Shown here: piece after piece, positions 37,508 to 47,903 of the stretch
How positions within the stretch are numbered: position 1 is the first letter of the stretch
Layout: each line of letters begins with the position of its first letter
Origin: a virus
Lineage: Duplodnaviria; Caudoviricetes
IMG/VR virus record: IMGVR_UViG_3300023235_001725
Direction: 5' to 3' (one strand)
DNA length: 64,000 nucleotides
Notes under the pieces: model-generated
The model's database searches: none
What the model was told of the DNA's origin: nothing
What the model saw: only the letters and a program-made list of their open reading frames with translations
Program-made: the position numbers and the translations under genes

Positions 37508-38385
37508 GACTCTATTGTAAGTTTAGTGGATATATCTCCTACTCTATCATAACCCTCAATGCTTAGCCTGTTTCCCGATACCACTCTTTCAATCCAAACC
37601 AAGCCTCCATCCAATATAGTTGCCACACCAGCTGAGTTTTCAAGGACTTCTTTGTCTTCTTCATCAAGCGGCACAATAAGGGTTCCGCTCAAGCGAATCG
37701 TTTTATCTATGCCATTGGGAACAACCAGCATAAGTCCTTTTGCGATAGAGTCCTTAGCCATCTCCATAGGGTCGTTTTTATCAGTAGGAGTCTTATTTCT
37801 CAGCCAGTTAACGACACCCGTTTTTCCAACTTTACGTTCTCTAAAATGAGAGAGCAAAGCTTGTTTAGAGGCTGAGTTTAAAGATTGCTTAAAAATATCA
37901 GGCACATCTTCTACTGGAACTTTTCTAATATTTGAGTGGCCCGTTGCCTCTATGAGCATTGTGATGAAATCACCATAATGCTCTTTTAGGTAGGCTTCAA
38001 TCAAATCCCAAGTGAGGTTTGTTATTTTGGCGTTTGAGTTCCAAAAAGCTTTCCTTGTGCGGCATATCTCTTTAATTTCTCGAACATCCCCTTTTTTAGT
38101 AACCCAAGTGGGCACTTCAATCTTTAGGAAGCTGTTTTTTGCCTTCTCAATCAATCTATCCTGCTTCTGATAGACACAGGCCCCAAAAAAAGGGACTGGT
38201 CTTTCATTAAAAAGCACGTGCAAGACATTTGAAATCTGATGATGTGTTAAGTAGGACTCAAATTGAGGGAGCCCCTTTCGAATCTCACCTGCGTCTTTAT
38301 TTCCAAGAAACAATTTATCTTTCGTGTCTTTATGGTTACGAAACAAAACTGCATCTTTAAACTTCAAAACCATAAATTCTTTCAT
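37504..38385 (-). CDS. cas5: Cas5fv-like subunit (type I-F2 variant)
   Basis: LTHHQISNVLHVLFNER and LSGTLIVPLD..EVLENSAGVATILDGGLVWI resemble Cas5fv motifs; enlarged at 293 aa. Confidence 0.65.
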   Translation of the reverse strand: MKEFMVLKFKDAVLFRNHKDTKDKLFLGNKDAGEIRKGLPQFESYLTHHQISNVLHVLFNERPVPFFGACVYQKQDRLIEKAKNSFLKIEVPTWVTKKGDVREIKEICRTRKAFWNSNAKITNLTWDLIEAYLKEHYGDFITMLIEATGHSNIRKVPVEDVPDIFKQSLNSASKQALLSHFRERKVGKTGVVNWLRNKTPTDKNDPMEMAKDSIAKGLMLVVPNGIDKTIRLSGTLIVPLDEEDKEVLENSAGVATILDGGLVWIERVVSGNRLSIEGYDRVGDISTKLTIES

Positions 38386-39464
38386 GCTGGGGTGGTTTCG
38401 GTTTTCTTTACTTTCTCTGCTTTTTGCTTTGCGGCTTTGGCTTTCTTTTCCACGCTATTCTTTTTTAAAGTTGCTCGTTCTTCTTCCGCGTACTTCTTTA
38501 ATTCTTCATGAAGTTTTTTTGCATCTCCAGTAACATCTTCCGTATATGCTTCAAACACTTCATACTGCAGAGCTTGAATATTTTCTATTGAATTGATTTC
38601 GACCCAACCCTCTTCGCTGTTAAACCTGTCAATCAAAGGATTGGAAACCAGTTTCACCATCAGCTTCTCTTTGCGTGCATAAGCACTGCTTCGACTGATG
38701 TCCAACGTAAGAAGCTTTTCTAAAAATACAGAAACTAATAAACGAACCTGGTCATCTGTGAATTTGAATCCACGCTCAGCAATGTTTACAGAACTTCCTC
38801 TCATTTGGAAAAATCCAAGCTCATTATCAAATGAGCCAAAGTGAATGTCGGCGTACTTTTTGAATAAATCAAAATGGTCGGGATTAAAACCATAACGTCC
38901 CATGATTTCGTCACAAGAGTAAAACTGAAGCTCTTTCAGGTTTATAGCACCTTGAGATGAATACTTAATCTTCCCAATTGTTTCTTTTTTGTAGATAGAA
39001 TTATCACTTTTTTCTTCGTCTGCTTCATAGCTGATTTTCTCACCAGACTTTGAATGGAATTCGAGACGCGAAAGAGCATCGCACGTTTGTTCGGCAGCTA
39101 CTAGTGTAATGGCTCCTTTTCTTTTTAACGTATCGTTTTTAATGGCATGCAAGTGCCCATTAAGAATGCTTTCTGGATGGGCAAGGTTTGCATAAAGTAA
39201 ATCTTTATTGTGTGTAAGCTTTGGTGTTTGAGACACTTTATCATACATCGCATGCTTCATGCAGGTAGGCGAAATAACTAATTTGTAACGAGGCTCTTTT
39301 CCATCGTTGTAAATGTTTCTCTTTGCATACATTACGTTGCTATGGTATGATTTTAAGAAAGGGAATTTTTCTCCAATATGGAACCGTTGCTCATTGCTAT
39401 CGTAATTAACAACGCCATTGCCTTCAATTTCAATTTTAAAAAGAATTGACTTTACTTTGCTCAT
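38382..39464 (-). CDS. cas7: Cas7fv-like backbone subunit (type I-F2 variant)
   Basis: KSILFKIEIEGNGVVNY, LVISPTCMKH, KETIGKIKYSSQGAINLKELQF and TDDQVRLLV parallel Shewanella Cas7fv motifs as recalled. Confidence 0.8.
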   Translation of the reverse strand: MSKVKSILFKIEIEGNGVVNYDSNEQRFHIGEKFPFLKSYHSNVMYAKRNIYNDGKEPRYKLVISPTCMKHAMYDKVSQTPKLTHNKDLLYANLAHPESILNGHLHAIKNDTLKRKGAITLVAAEQTCDALSRLEFHSKSGEKISYEADEEKSDNSIYKKETIGKIKYSSQGAINLKELQFYSCDEIMGRYGFNPDHFDLFKKYADIHFGSFDNELGFFQMRGSSVNIAERGFKFTDDQVRLLVSVFLEKLLTLDISRSSAYARKEKLMVKLVSNPLIDRFNSEEGWVEINSIENIQALQYEVFEAYTEDVTGDAKKLHEELKKYAEEERATLKKNSVEKKAKAAKQKAEKVKKTETTPA

Positions 39465-39506
39465 GGTAATCTGTTTAAAGGTTAATATGTAATTTCTATG
39501 AATTGT

Positions 39507-41834
39507 TTACTCGTAAATTGGCTGGTCAAACTCTTCCAGTAAAGTTTTTTTAATATATCCGTAAATGTCATGATATTCCATATCCATCCTCGGATACGGC
39601 ATTGATTTGTATTTCGCCATTATACGCAATAATTCAAGATTTGTGCTATGCTTTGGAACTTTTAAAAATCTAGTGTAATCAAAAGCGCAATCTGGCTCAT
39701 CGTTAAGATGTTTAATTATCTTAAATACTTTTGCTAGTGCGTTGGAGTCTTCATGGAAGTCTTCGGGTATAGAATCATAAATAGGAGTTGATTTAGGCTG
39801 TGTCCATTCTTTTTTTGCCCATTTTTTAGCAGTAAAAAAGATTTCATTTCCTTTGCTTCTATAGCTAGTTTCTTGTATTTTATGGACTTCCGAGTTTTCA
39901 CTTTTAATCGTTAACCTATTAGGATAAATTTTCTCATGTAAATCCATGCGGCTTTGTCGATATTTTGTGTTTAACCAGATTCTTCTTAAGGCTTCATTTT
40001 CTTTACAATGTTTATTATACAAAGAATATAGGTTATCTAAAGTTGTTTCCCCTTGACTTTGTGTTAGAAAATTAAACCATAAGTCAGACAGTTCTCGTGA
40101 GTACATTGTTTCGCGGGCTCTATTCTCACTTCGTCCAGAATTATCTGAAGGGATTCGATATGTTAGAATTTCAGACTGGTCATCATAATCTCCCCACCTG
40201 TCGACACGGCCTACTCTTTGAAGAGTAGCTTCTGGAGACAGGCAACTTTCAATCAAATGCCTAAAAGAAACATCTAAAGATGCCTGTGCTATTGGGCTCG
40301 CTATTACGTGTTCTTTTTCAATATTTCTGTCGGATTGCTTTCCATAGTTTTGAAGAATAACGCTTAATCGCGCTTGATTGTCGTCGTCCTCAAATTTTCC
40401 ATGAAACAAAATAGTATCTTCATTGTGTTTGTGCTTATTTCTTTGACACTCAACTATAGAATTAGAGATAAAAAGAACAGGGCTTTTTTTACTTTCAGAT
40501 ATTCTAGAACGCCCCTCTTTTGTAGTGAGTTTGTATGATTTATTGTGGACAGCAGGAGCATGTTCAAATTTTCCAGGCAAATGGGCTGTTGAGTTGTCAA
40601 ATGAATCCCAATAAACTGATAAATCAAGTGGGGTTGCGGACAGCAGTAAAGAGCGTCCGTTTGTCATCTGATGTCTTACCTTCATTAGATTTATAAAACC
40701 AGCCAGTAAAGCCCCGTCCGACACTAGCTCATGATACTCATCAAATACAACATCTGCATCGGATACCATTAATAAATCAATATCGTTACAATGCTCTTTT
40801 GTCGGACGTAAAAAGTTATCTACGTTGGTTACAATGATATCGCTTGAAAACTTTATTCCTAAATCTGAATTTGAGGCCTGTTGTTTTCCAGCGTAATATA
40901 ATTCTACTGAAGTTTCAATTCCTGCATTTTTAAGCTCTCTTAAGATGTTGTGGTACACTGATTGTGCCACAGCATTTCTTGGACACACCCAAATAAGCCG
41001 TTTATTGTTGACAGTGCTCCAAAGTAAACCTAGAAGTGTTTTTCCGTATCCAGCAGGGGCGTTGATTTGAACAGTCTTAAACGAGGTCGTCCTAGATGCT
41101 AAAGCAACTTGTTGTGTCCATCTTTTTTCATGTCCAGGATATGGGCATTTAGTAAAAGCGTAACGGTGTTGTTGAATCAGTCGTTCATTTATAGTTTTTT
41201 TAATTTCATCAACTGTAAAATCTCCTAATTCACTAACTAAGTGGTCAGCTCTTACCACGCACATGCGAATAATCGTGTTGTCAACGTTGAGGTCGCTCGT
41301 CTCGTTAAAATCTCTAATATAGTAATGAGGGCTTGATGTTTCAGCTATTCTTGGCCTATCAAGGACTTGGCCAGGAAATAATTCTTCGACGAATTCAATC
41401 ATTCTATCGATAGAATTATCTTTCTTCTTCCGAACCCACTCAAGAATAGACGCATCTGTGTGCTTGCCCATTACATTGTTAATGCCGTGATGCCAGTATA
41501 CTGCTTCAGCAACTTGTCTTAGCTCCTCTGAGTCAAAGCTGATGTACATTCTTACAAATGCCCATCCCACTTCATTGTGCGAAAAAATAATGTCTTTTTT
41601 CTTTGTTTTAGTGGATTTACCATTTAAAGAGTTTCGGAGTAAAGTTTGAAACTCGGTTTCGGCTTTTCCAATATCATGAAGAAGCGCCGCTTTGCGGATA
41701 ACTGATATAAAATGTTTTTTTTCTGTATCTGAGGTAACTATAACTGAGTCGGCAATATATTCCGCAACCTCAGCAACCTTTCGACTGTGCTCAATCAGGG
41801 TTTCGCCAGTACTTTTTGCTAATAACTCATCCAT
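39507..41834 (-). CDS. cas3: Cas3 HD nuclease-helicase (no Cas2 fusion)
   Basis: EHS...LLHDIGK HD domain, RADH, APAGYGKT, FDEYH, LSAT, QASLDV, QRVGRVDR; 775 aa. Confidence 0.95.
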   Translation of the reverse strand: MDELLAKSTGETLIEHSRKVAEVAEYIADSVIVTSDTEKKHFISVIRKAALLHDIGKAETEFQTLLRNSLNGKSTKTKKKDIIFSHNEVGWAFVRMYISFDSEELRQVAEAVYWHHGINNVMGKHTDASILEWVRKKKDNSIDRMIEFVEELFPGQVLDRPRIAETSSPHYYIRDFNETSDLNVDNTIIRMCVVRADHLVSELGDFTVDEIKKTINERLIQQHRYAFTKCPYPGHEKRWTQQVALASRTTSFKTVQINAPAGYGKTLLGLLWSTVNNKRLIWVCPRNAVAQSVYHNILRELKNAGIETSVELYYAGKQQASNSDLGIKFSSDIIVTNVDNFLRPTKEHCNDIDLLMVSDADVVFDEYHELVSDGALLAGFINLMKVRHQMTNGRSLLLSATPLDLSVYWDSFDNSTAHLPGKFEHAPAVHNKSYKLTTKEGRSRISESKKSPVLFISNSIVECQRNKHKHNEDTILFHGKFEDDDNQARLSVILQNYGKQSDRNIEKEHVIASPIAQASLDVSFRHLIESCLSPEATLQRVGRVDRWGDYDDQSEILTYRIPSDNSGRSENRARETMYSRELSDLWFNFLTQSQGETTLDNLYSLYNKHCKENEALRRIWLNTKYRQSRMDLHEKIYPNRLTIKSENSEVHKIQETSYRSKGNEIFFTAKKWAKKEWTQPKSTPIYDSIPEDFHEDSNALAKVFKIIKHLNDEPDCAFDYTRFLKVPKHSTNLELLRIMAKYKSMPYPRMDMEYHDIYGYIKKTLLEEFDQPIYE

Positions 41835-41907
41835 AAATAAAAAGACTTTTTCATTAGCCTTGGTTTAATATACGATGAATTAATAAAAAAGTTTCAACTA
41901 ACGTTGT

Positions 41908-42513
41908 TTACCACTCTACTATGGATAATTGTTTTGGGTCCCGACCTATCTCTTTAATCTCCGCCAAACATTCCTTCATGGTTATTCCCACTTGGTCCTT
42001 CGAAGATTGAATCACACCATCTGGGTTTACGCAGCACTCGACCGCATTCTTGAATCCAAACTGGGGCTCATCCCACCTTAAAGTGCGCTCCACTTTTGGG
42101 TTGTACTTCCCTGCTACTTTATAATGCATAATGCAATCTAATGAACAAAAGAAACCATGCGCAAATCCTTTGGGGATGTACAGCTGTTTCTTATTGTCTC
42201 CAGACAATTCGAACTCTGCGTGCTGAGTAAATGTTTTTGAGTATGGGCGCAAGTCTACGATAAAATCCGTGACGCTACCCTGTATTACACTAACAAGCTT
42301 TGCTTGGGCATGTGGTGGGAGCTGGTAATGAAGCCCTCTTAGAGTGCCTCTGGTGGAGTGAGATATGTTATCTTGGATAAACACTGGGGCTGCTCCAGTA
42401 GCTAATGCAAACTTCTCGTGATTGAATGATTCAAAAAATGAGCCTCGTATATCTTTAAAAACTTTAGGTGTTATAATGTATACTCCTTCAAACTTTGTAT
42501 TCTCTATCTCCAT
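41908..42513 (-). CDS. rfbC: dTDP-4-dehydrorhamnose 3,5-epimerase
   Basis: KDIRGSFFESF, QDNISHS, LRGLHYQ, DLRPYS, IPKGFAHGF. Confidence 0.93.
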   Translation of the reverse strand: MEIENTKFEGVYIITPKVFKDIRGSFFESFNHEKFALATGAAPVFIQDNISHSTRGTLRGLHYQLPPHAQAKLVSVIQGSVTDFIVDLRPYSKTFTQHAEFELSGDNKKQLYIPKGFAHGFFCSLDCIMHYKVAGKYNPKVERTLRWDEPQFGFKNAVECCVNPDGVIQSSKDQVGITMKECLAEIKEIGRDPKQLSIVEW

Positions 42514-42517
42514 GTGT

Positions 42518-42775
42518 TCATTCTATGAGTTGCCATCCAAAATCTAGATAATCTTTTCTAGATATAATTAAGCGTTTTCTTGGGTGCTTGTCAAAAAACT
42601 TCTTGAGGGCGCCACACTTTTCATACTCTTCACCGTTCTCAAAAAAGAAAATGGATTCATTTATTAGAAAAGTGGGAATCAGTTTTCCAAGTGTTCCTGG
42701 ATGTGCACTTACTGCTTCAAAAAGTAAGTTGTACATTTTAATATCTACGCTGGTTATGTTTGTTCGACCTTTCAT
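42518..42775 (-). CDS. Hypothetical protein
   Basis: 85-aa ORF in operon order. Confidence 0.55.
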   Translation of the reverse strand: MKGRTNITSVDIKMYNLLFEAVSAHPGTLGKLIPTFLINESIFFFENGEEYEKCGALKKFFDKHPRKRLIISRKDYLDFGWQLIE

Positions 42776-42871
42776 TGTATTAATAAATACAGGTCTAAAA
42801 TCAAAAACTAGCCATATTGAAACCAGCTGTTTTTTGCCGTATTACTGGCTATTTAATGCTTTCTGTTAAAG

Positions 42872-43306
42872 CTACATACTGATGCCTCCGCTAATTGTCT
42901 TAGCATCAATGTCTCCACTTTTAGTTGATACCAAACCAGCAATGTCTCCTTTTACATCAACATCTCCAGAAGCTGTTTTAACGCTGCCTTCAATGTTTCC
43001 TCCGACTTCGATATCACCAGAAGCGCTTTGAACGTCTCCGCGAATATCTCCTCCTACTTCAATGTCTCCGCTTGCTGAGGTTATTCGCCCTGAGTTACCT
43101 GTGACGTTTAAATTTCCAAAGGCTCCTTGGACCAGCTCTACATCGCCTTCAACAGTAATATTCACGACCCGCTTGCTATCTCCAACATGAACTTGTTCTC
43201 CATCGATGTAAATTTCTCCGTCTCCACTAATATTAACAACTTTACCTTCGTACTTATTTGAATCAATTCTAAAAATTGCCATAAATAATTTAATTAATTT
43301 GTTCAT
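42872..43306 (-). CDS. Beta-helix repeat protein (DUF4097/adhesin-like)
   Basis: Repeated SASGDIEVGG units. Confidence 0.75.
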   Translation of the reverse strand: MNKLIKLFMAIFRIDSNKYEGKVVNISGDGEIYIDGEQVHVGDSKRVVNITVEGDVELVQGAFGNLNVTGNSGRITSASGDIEVGGDIRGDVQSASGDIEVGGNIEGSVKTASGDVDVKGDIAGLVSTKSGDIDAKTISGGISM

Positions 43307-43360
43307 TTAAAAAAAGTATAGTGATTCTCTTTTTTTTTAGATATAAGCCTTATGTGGGTT

Positions 43361-43795
43361 TCAAGAAAACTCTGTTGAGGTTGAAAACCTCAACCCAAAC
43401 CACTTGTTATCAGTCTTTGTGCCATCCACCATATAATAAGGTTTTGAGATTTCTGGATGCATTTCTTCCCACTGGTCTGCATATTTATCACCAGTAAGGC
43501 CTCCTCGTTTCGCTTTAACCTGCTTCCAAAAATCATCTGCAGTAATGGGTGTATCGTACTCGTCTAAAATTTGATGATTCAACAGAAACTTTGTCAGAGA
43601 CTCTAATGAATCATAGTGCATCCAATTATTGTGGTTGAAACAAAACTCCCAACCATGAGAAGACTTTCCAATGTGGATTATCGTATCAAAAAAAGCTTTT
43701 TTTAGCTCTTTTAAGCGTTCTTGGTCCACAAGAGATTTGAGCACCTCTTTTTCATCATTGCTCACGATTCTGATTGCGTAGTAGTTTGTTCCCAT
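43361..43795 (-). CDS. Conserved hypothetical phage protein
   Basis: MGTNYY, IHIGKSSHGWEF, ILDEYD. Confidence 0.75.
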   Translation of the reverse strand: MGTNYYAIRIVSNDEKEVLKSLVDQERLKELKKAFFDTIIHIGKSSHGWEFCFNHNNWMHYDSLESLTKFLLNHQILDEYDTPITADDFWKQVKAKRGGLTGDKYADQWEEMHPEISKPYYMVDGTKTDNKWFGLRFSTSTEFS

Positions 43796-43830
43796 TTTTT
43801 GAATATACGAAGAAATTAAGAAAAAGTTTC

Positions 43831-44268
43831 TTATTGGTTGAATTGCTTTTTGAGCATCTCTCGGATTGCGGAGGTATCTCTTGTTCCCTCAACGACTCCT
43901 TTTCCTATGTTCTCCAGGTTAGCCTTGTTGTCAATTGCTTTAGACAACCACTCTAAAGGCTCTTCTTGAATTACCAGCTGCTGAAGCATTTTTTTCCAAG
44001 TTGGAAGTGGCAGGAAATCAAAATCAATTTCTGTTCCTGCTGTTTCTGCGTTCTGTGTTTCCACTTCCAATAATCTATCATAATGTTCTCCGTTACCAAA
44101 AATAGCTTCGGCGAACTCATGCTTAAAGATTAAGCTGTTATAGCCTCCGTTAGTAGTCATCTGACCCCAGTGTATTTTTGTTCTGTCTATTTTGTGTCCA
44201 CCTTTCTCAGCTTCATCAATGGCTTTGTTAATTATATCTGTCCAAGTCATGCTTTTTGTGTTTTGCAA
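43831..44268 (-). CDS. Hypothetical phage protein
   Basis: IFKHEFAEAIFG...WKKMLQQLVIQEEPLEWL. Confidence 0.7.
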   Translation of the reverse strand: MQNTKSMTWTDIINKAIDEAEKGGHKIDRTKIHWGQMTTNGGYNSLIFKHEFAEAIFGNGEHYDRLLEVETQNAETAGTEIDFDFLPLPTWKKMLQQLVIQEEPLEWLSKAIDNKANLENIGKGVVEGTRDTSAIREMLKKQFNQ

Positions 44269-44451
44269 AAAATACTTATTAAGCGTTAAATTTTAAAGTC
44301 TATGCTTTTCGTGATTCCCATGTTTAGCTACCAAAGATACAGAAAAAAGCATTTTACTTTGCGTTTGTTTTTTATTATGTTAAATTTGTGTTTCCAATGT
44401 TAAGTTAATGTTATGAACTATTTATTGGAGTAATCGCACAAAACATACATT

Positions 44452-44808
44452 ATGAAAAAGATATTAATTTTACTTATTATACTATGTACTCTCACCACTA
44501 CAGCTCAAGGGGAGTTGGAATGTGACTCACTTTTTAGCTGTTTCAGTTATTATGAAAGTGGTGAAGTCAAATTTAAAGGAACAGCTGATTGTCAAGAAAG
44601 AGCTCACGGAAAGTTTGTTGAGTTCCGAAAAAGCGGAGAAATACTTGGAGTTGGAGAATTCTCGCACGGAGTTCGAGTAGGAGTTTGGATTACATATTCA
44701 ACACTTGAGAAGTCTTCCTATGTTATATACTTCGATAAACACGGAAACAAGATAAGGGCTGAAAAGCTTGTTGGGGATTTAATTGTCGAAGCAAAGGAGT
44801 ACAAATAG
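44452..44808 (+). CDS. Secreted MORN-repeat-like protein
   Basis: Signal peptide; YYESGEVK, HGKFVEF, RVGVWITY. Confidence 0.65.
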   Translation: MKKILILLIILCTLTTTAQGELECDSLFSCFSYYESGEVKFKGTADCQERAHGKFVEFRKSGEILGVGEFSHGVRVGVWITYSTLEKSSYVIYFDKHGNKIRAEKLVGDLIVEAKEYK

Positions 44809-44820
44809 CAGGTGTATTCT

Positions 44821-45234
44821 CTATGCAAGGAAGCTTTGCAAAGGCTTCATCGCGTATATTCCATGTGTTCGTATTGTCACCATTGGACTTGAGCCAACCT
44901 CTTCACCTTCAATGATAAAACCTTTTTCTGAAAAAGAGTCGTAAACTAGAGGGTATAAGATTAAAACCTCTTCCTGAACGTGGCGCCCAATCTTTCCTCG
45001 TATAAAGGCGTGCACATTTTTAATTTTAGACGTTATAGCTTTTTTCTTTCCTGCTGGATTTACAATAAAGTTAACGTTTTTCATCTCTAGCTCAGTCGCA
45101 TGGGCCACAACCAGGCTTTTCTGTTTAATGCTAAAAACTGTGCCTTTTCTATTTAAACATCGATATACGTCGACTGACTGAGAGTAATTGAGTTCTCTCT
45201 CTTTAAAAGGTGTTATGCTACTATTTGACATCAT
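44821..45234 (-). CDS. Hypothetical phage protein
   Basis: VDVYRCLNRKGTVFSI, KNVHAFIRG. Confidence 0.7.
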   Translation of the reverse strand: MMSNSSITPFKERELNYSQSVDVYRCLNRKGTVFSIKQKSLVVAHATELEMKNVNFIVNPAGKKKAITSKIKNVHAFIRGKIGRHVQEEVLILYPLVYDSFSEKGFIIEGEEVGSSPMVTIRTHGIYAMKPLQSFLA

Positions 45235-45252
45235 GCTGTAAATACAATGTTT

Positions 45253-46869
45253 TTACTTAACTAAGAAACCAACTTCATAAGTCATCCATCTGAGTTTTTC
45301 TTCAAGGATTTTATAGGCTACCGTTAGTTTTTTAAATAAATCTGGCTTGTCTTTTTTCCAATGCTCCTTTAGTTGAGAATAACCCGCATCCCACCTGTCC
45401 AAATGGAGTTCTGGGTGAGCTTTGGCATAAACCATTCGTTCTGGGCCGCTCCAATATAGCATTTTATTAGCTATCTCCAACACATCTACTGCATCTTGAG
45501 ACATGTGTTTCACATTGCTCTGAATCATACTGTTCATTATCGTGGCTGACCTGTCTTGTTTATGTTCAATGTCTATTAGACATGGGTCGCCCCAGAAAAA
45601 GCTGTTTCTTACATCATATTCCTGCTTTTTAAAAACAATTCCGCCTATCGAACTTTGATGTGACGCTGAATGGAACAAAGAGTAAACTAAAGAGTCTGCA
45701 GCGTATTGATTCCATAGTTCAGCAGAGGTGTTTGGGGCCATGTATTCGTCTTTTTGGTTAATCCAGGTGGAATACGGTCCCACGTGAGTCTTTCGTGCCG
45801 CAAACAAGCTACAAACCTTCTTTAGATTATCTGGTATAATAGAGAACCCGTTTCCTTTTGACGCAGCCCAGCTATATAGCGCTACTTGTTGTGGGTTTTC
45901 ATAAATATTGTTTGATGCATTCAGAAAATATCCAATCGCTCCATCAACAAGGCTTCCTCGCATTGTTTTGCCTTCCACTTTCCATTTTAATGCACTTGTG
46001 AACTGAGGAATGTTTTTATTTGACCTTAATCCTTTTGTCTCTTCCCTTGCCCAGATAGATGCTGCTTCTCTTTGGTCTGTGTTGTATAATTCTTTACGTT
46101 TTGGAAGAACTCCTTTGATGCGAGGGTCTGCAATCACTTCATAACTCCAAGATGTTCGTTCATCTAATCCTGGGGTCATCAAAGTGAAGGTTATTCCCCA
46201 GTCTGACTTTACCTCCATGAATTCTGATGCTGGAAACAAAAAACCGTCTTGGACCCTAAAATTCTTAAACATCCTTTCTCTAAAAGTTTTAAAACTTGAC
46301 CCAGTTAAAAAAAGAGGTGGTGAAAACACGGCAATTACAACATTGGAAATACCATATGCTTCTTTTATCGCATTGATGCGATAAAGAAACTGAGCGTAGA
46401 GCTGTTGAGATGACTTTCCCCAACCGTTTTCTCGCATTTCATTATTAATCCAAGTCTTGGCTGTTCCTGATTTATGGCTTGAGGTTGCTCCTTTATTGTT
46501 AGCGGTTGCGTATGGAGGATTTATTAAAAAGACGATTGGTTTGTCATCTTTTATTGCTTGTTTTAAAGCTGGCGACTGAGTCGTTAGCTTTTCAGAGTCA
46601 TCATTAAGGAAGTCAAACTGAAAAGCTTGCTGATTTGAAACTGTTTCACACTTATCAATATCAGCTTTATGAAGAGTTGAACTATACAATTCTTTAAATT
46701 CATATCCTTGGGTAAGGTTCATAAAGCCCGAAGCACAGTCCCACACCACATACTCTTGTTTCCAGTTTTTTCCCAAGTTGTCCTGAATCAGCCTATGTGC
46801 TTCGTCCACCCATATTTGAGGTGTATAAAATTCGCCTTCTCTTTTCTTTTTATCCAATGTGATAGTCAT
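45253..46869 (-). CDS. N6-adenine DNA methyltransferase with C-terminal specificity-like region
   Basis: Likely start MTITLDK; GEFYTP, VWDCASGFMNL, catalytic NPPY. Confidence 0.85.
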   Translation of the reverse strand: MTITLDKKKREGEFYTPQIWVDEAHRLIQDNLGKNWKQEYVVWDCASGFMNLTQGYEFKELYSSTLHKADIDKCETVSNQQAFQFDFLNDDSEKLTTQSPALKQAIKDDKPIVFLINPPYATANNKGATSSHKSGTAKTWINNEMRENGWGKSSQQLYAQFLYRINAIKEAYGISNVVIAVFSPPLFLTGSSFKTFRERMFKNFRVQDGFLFPASEFMEVKSDWGITFTLMTPGLDERTSWSYEVIADPRIKGVLPKRKELYNTDQREAASIWAREETKGLRSNKNIPQFTSALKWKVEGKTMRGSLVDGAIGYFLNASNNIYENPQQVALYSWAASKGNGFSIIPDNLKKVCSLFAARKTHVGPYSTWINQKDEYMAPNTSAELWNQYAADSLVYSLFHSASHQSSIGGIVFKKQEYDVRNSFFWGDPCLIDIEHKQDRSATIMNSMIQSNVKHMSQDAVDVLEIANKMLYWSGPERMVYAKAHPELHLDRWDAGYSQLKEHWKKDKPDLFKKLTVAYKILEEKLRWMTYEVGFLVK

Positions 46870-47069
46870 GCTTTTAATATGAGCATGAGCGTAAAAAAAA
46901 GAAAGGAACAAATAATAAAACGGTGCATACGCACAATGCTGATAGCAAACTTTATTATACACCTTGTTAGTTATACACAGTACGGTTATTTAAGGTAGAA
47001 TTTTGATACGAAGAAAGAATAAACTTTTTAAAAATGTGCGGTGAAAATTTTAATTCTGAATATTTATAT

Positions 47070-47324
47070 GTGAACTACCCATCTACAGCAAGCTGATGGA
47101 AGGGCTTCTAAAAAAATATAAATGCAAAGAGCAGATACATATTCAGAATTTACAGCGTTTCGTAGACTTGCCCATTGGCAACGCCTCACCGCCTTTTTAT
47201 TTATCCTGCGAAGTTGGCCCCAACCCACAGCTTAATATTTTGTTTCGCTTATGATTTTATGCAAACAACGAAAAAGAACTTATTTGTAAATATATAAAAA
47301 ACGCTTACATCTCACCCACGCTAA
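47070..47324 (-). mobile_element. Internally deleted IS200/IS605 (tnpB-type) element
   Basis: Left end after TGAT, tnpB-like 3' tip (AKQNIK...), right-end hairpin GAAGCCCTTCCATCAGCTTGCTGTAGATGGGTAGTTCAC; 255 bp, no intact ORF. Confidence 0.65.
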
Positions 47325-47329
47325 ATCAT

Positions 47330-47647
47330 ATGGAACAAGAAAAAAAATTAAAGAACTTCATTAAAACTACAATCATAGAGTTTTTTAATGAACAATATGA
47401 AAATATTCAACATTATGATTTATTTGAATATTATGAAAAACAACCAAAAGAATTAAAGGTAATTGTAGATAAATATTTGAATTTATTAGATAAACGTAAA
47501 GGTTATGATGTGATTAAGAAATTTCACGATGCAGTTTATAAAATAGGTTATACGTTTGATAGTGGATTAGATGCTGAACCACACGGTTTAAGACCCATAG
47601 GGGTTAAATTAAATCAGTTGGTAGGTTGGGAAGATATAGATAATTAA
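47330..47647 (+). CDS. Hypothetical cassette protein
   Basis: N-terminus LKNFIKTTIIEFFNE. Confidence 0.75.
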   Translation: MEQEKKLKNFIKTTIIEFFNEQYENIQHYDLFEYYEKQPKELKVIVDKYLNLLDKRKGYDVIKKFHDAVYKIGYTFDSGLDAEPHGLRPIGVKLNQLVGWEDIDN

Positions 47648-47903
47648 AACACGAATGTAGTATTGTGTATAACGCCACTTTTCATTTGTGAAAATTTTAT
47701 CACCAATATTCTCATTTACAAACTGCTTAAAGTTCTTAACTTTATCAATCATTTCTCTCATATCTTTACTCACTGGTCTGTTCATTTTCTTGGTTGTTTG
47801 TTAGTGTATGCCGTACACTGTATTGAATTTATTCGCTTGTTATGTGTAAGTGTTACATTCATCGTTCTAATCAACATTTAGGTTAAAAAATTTAAAAGAC
47901 AAT

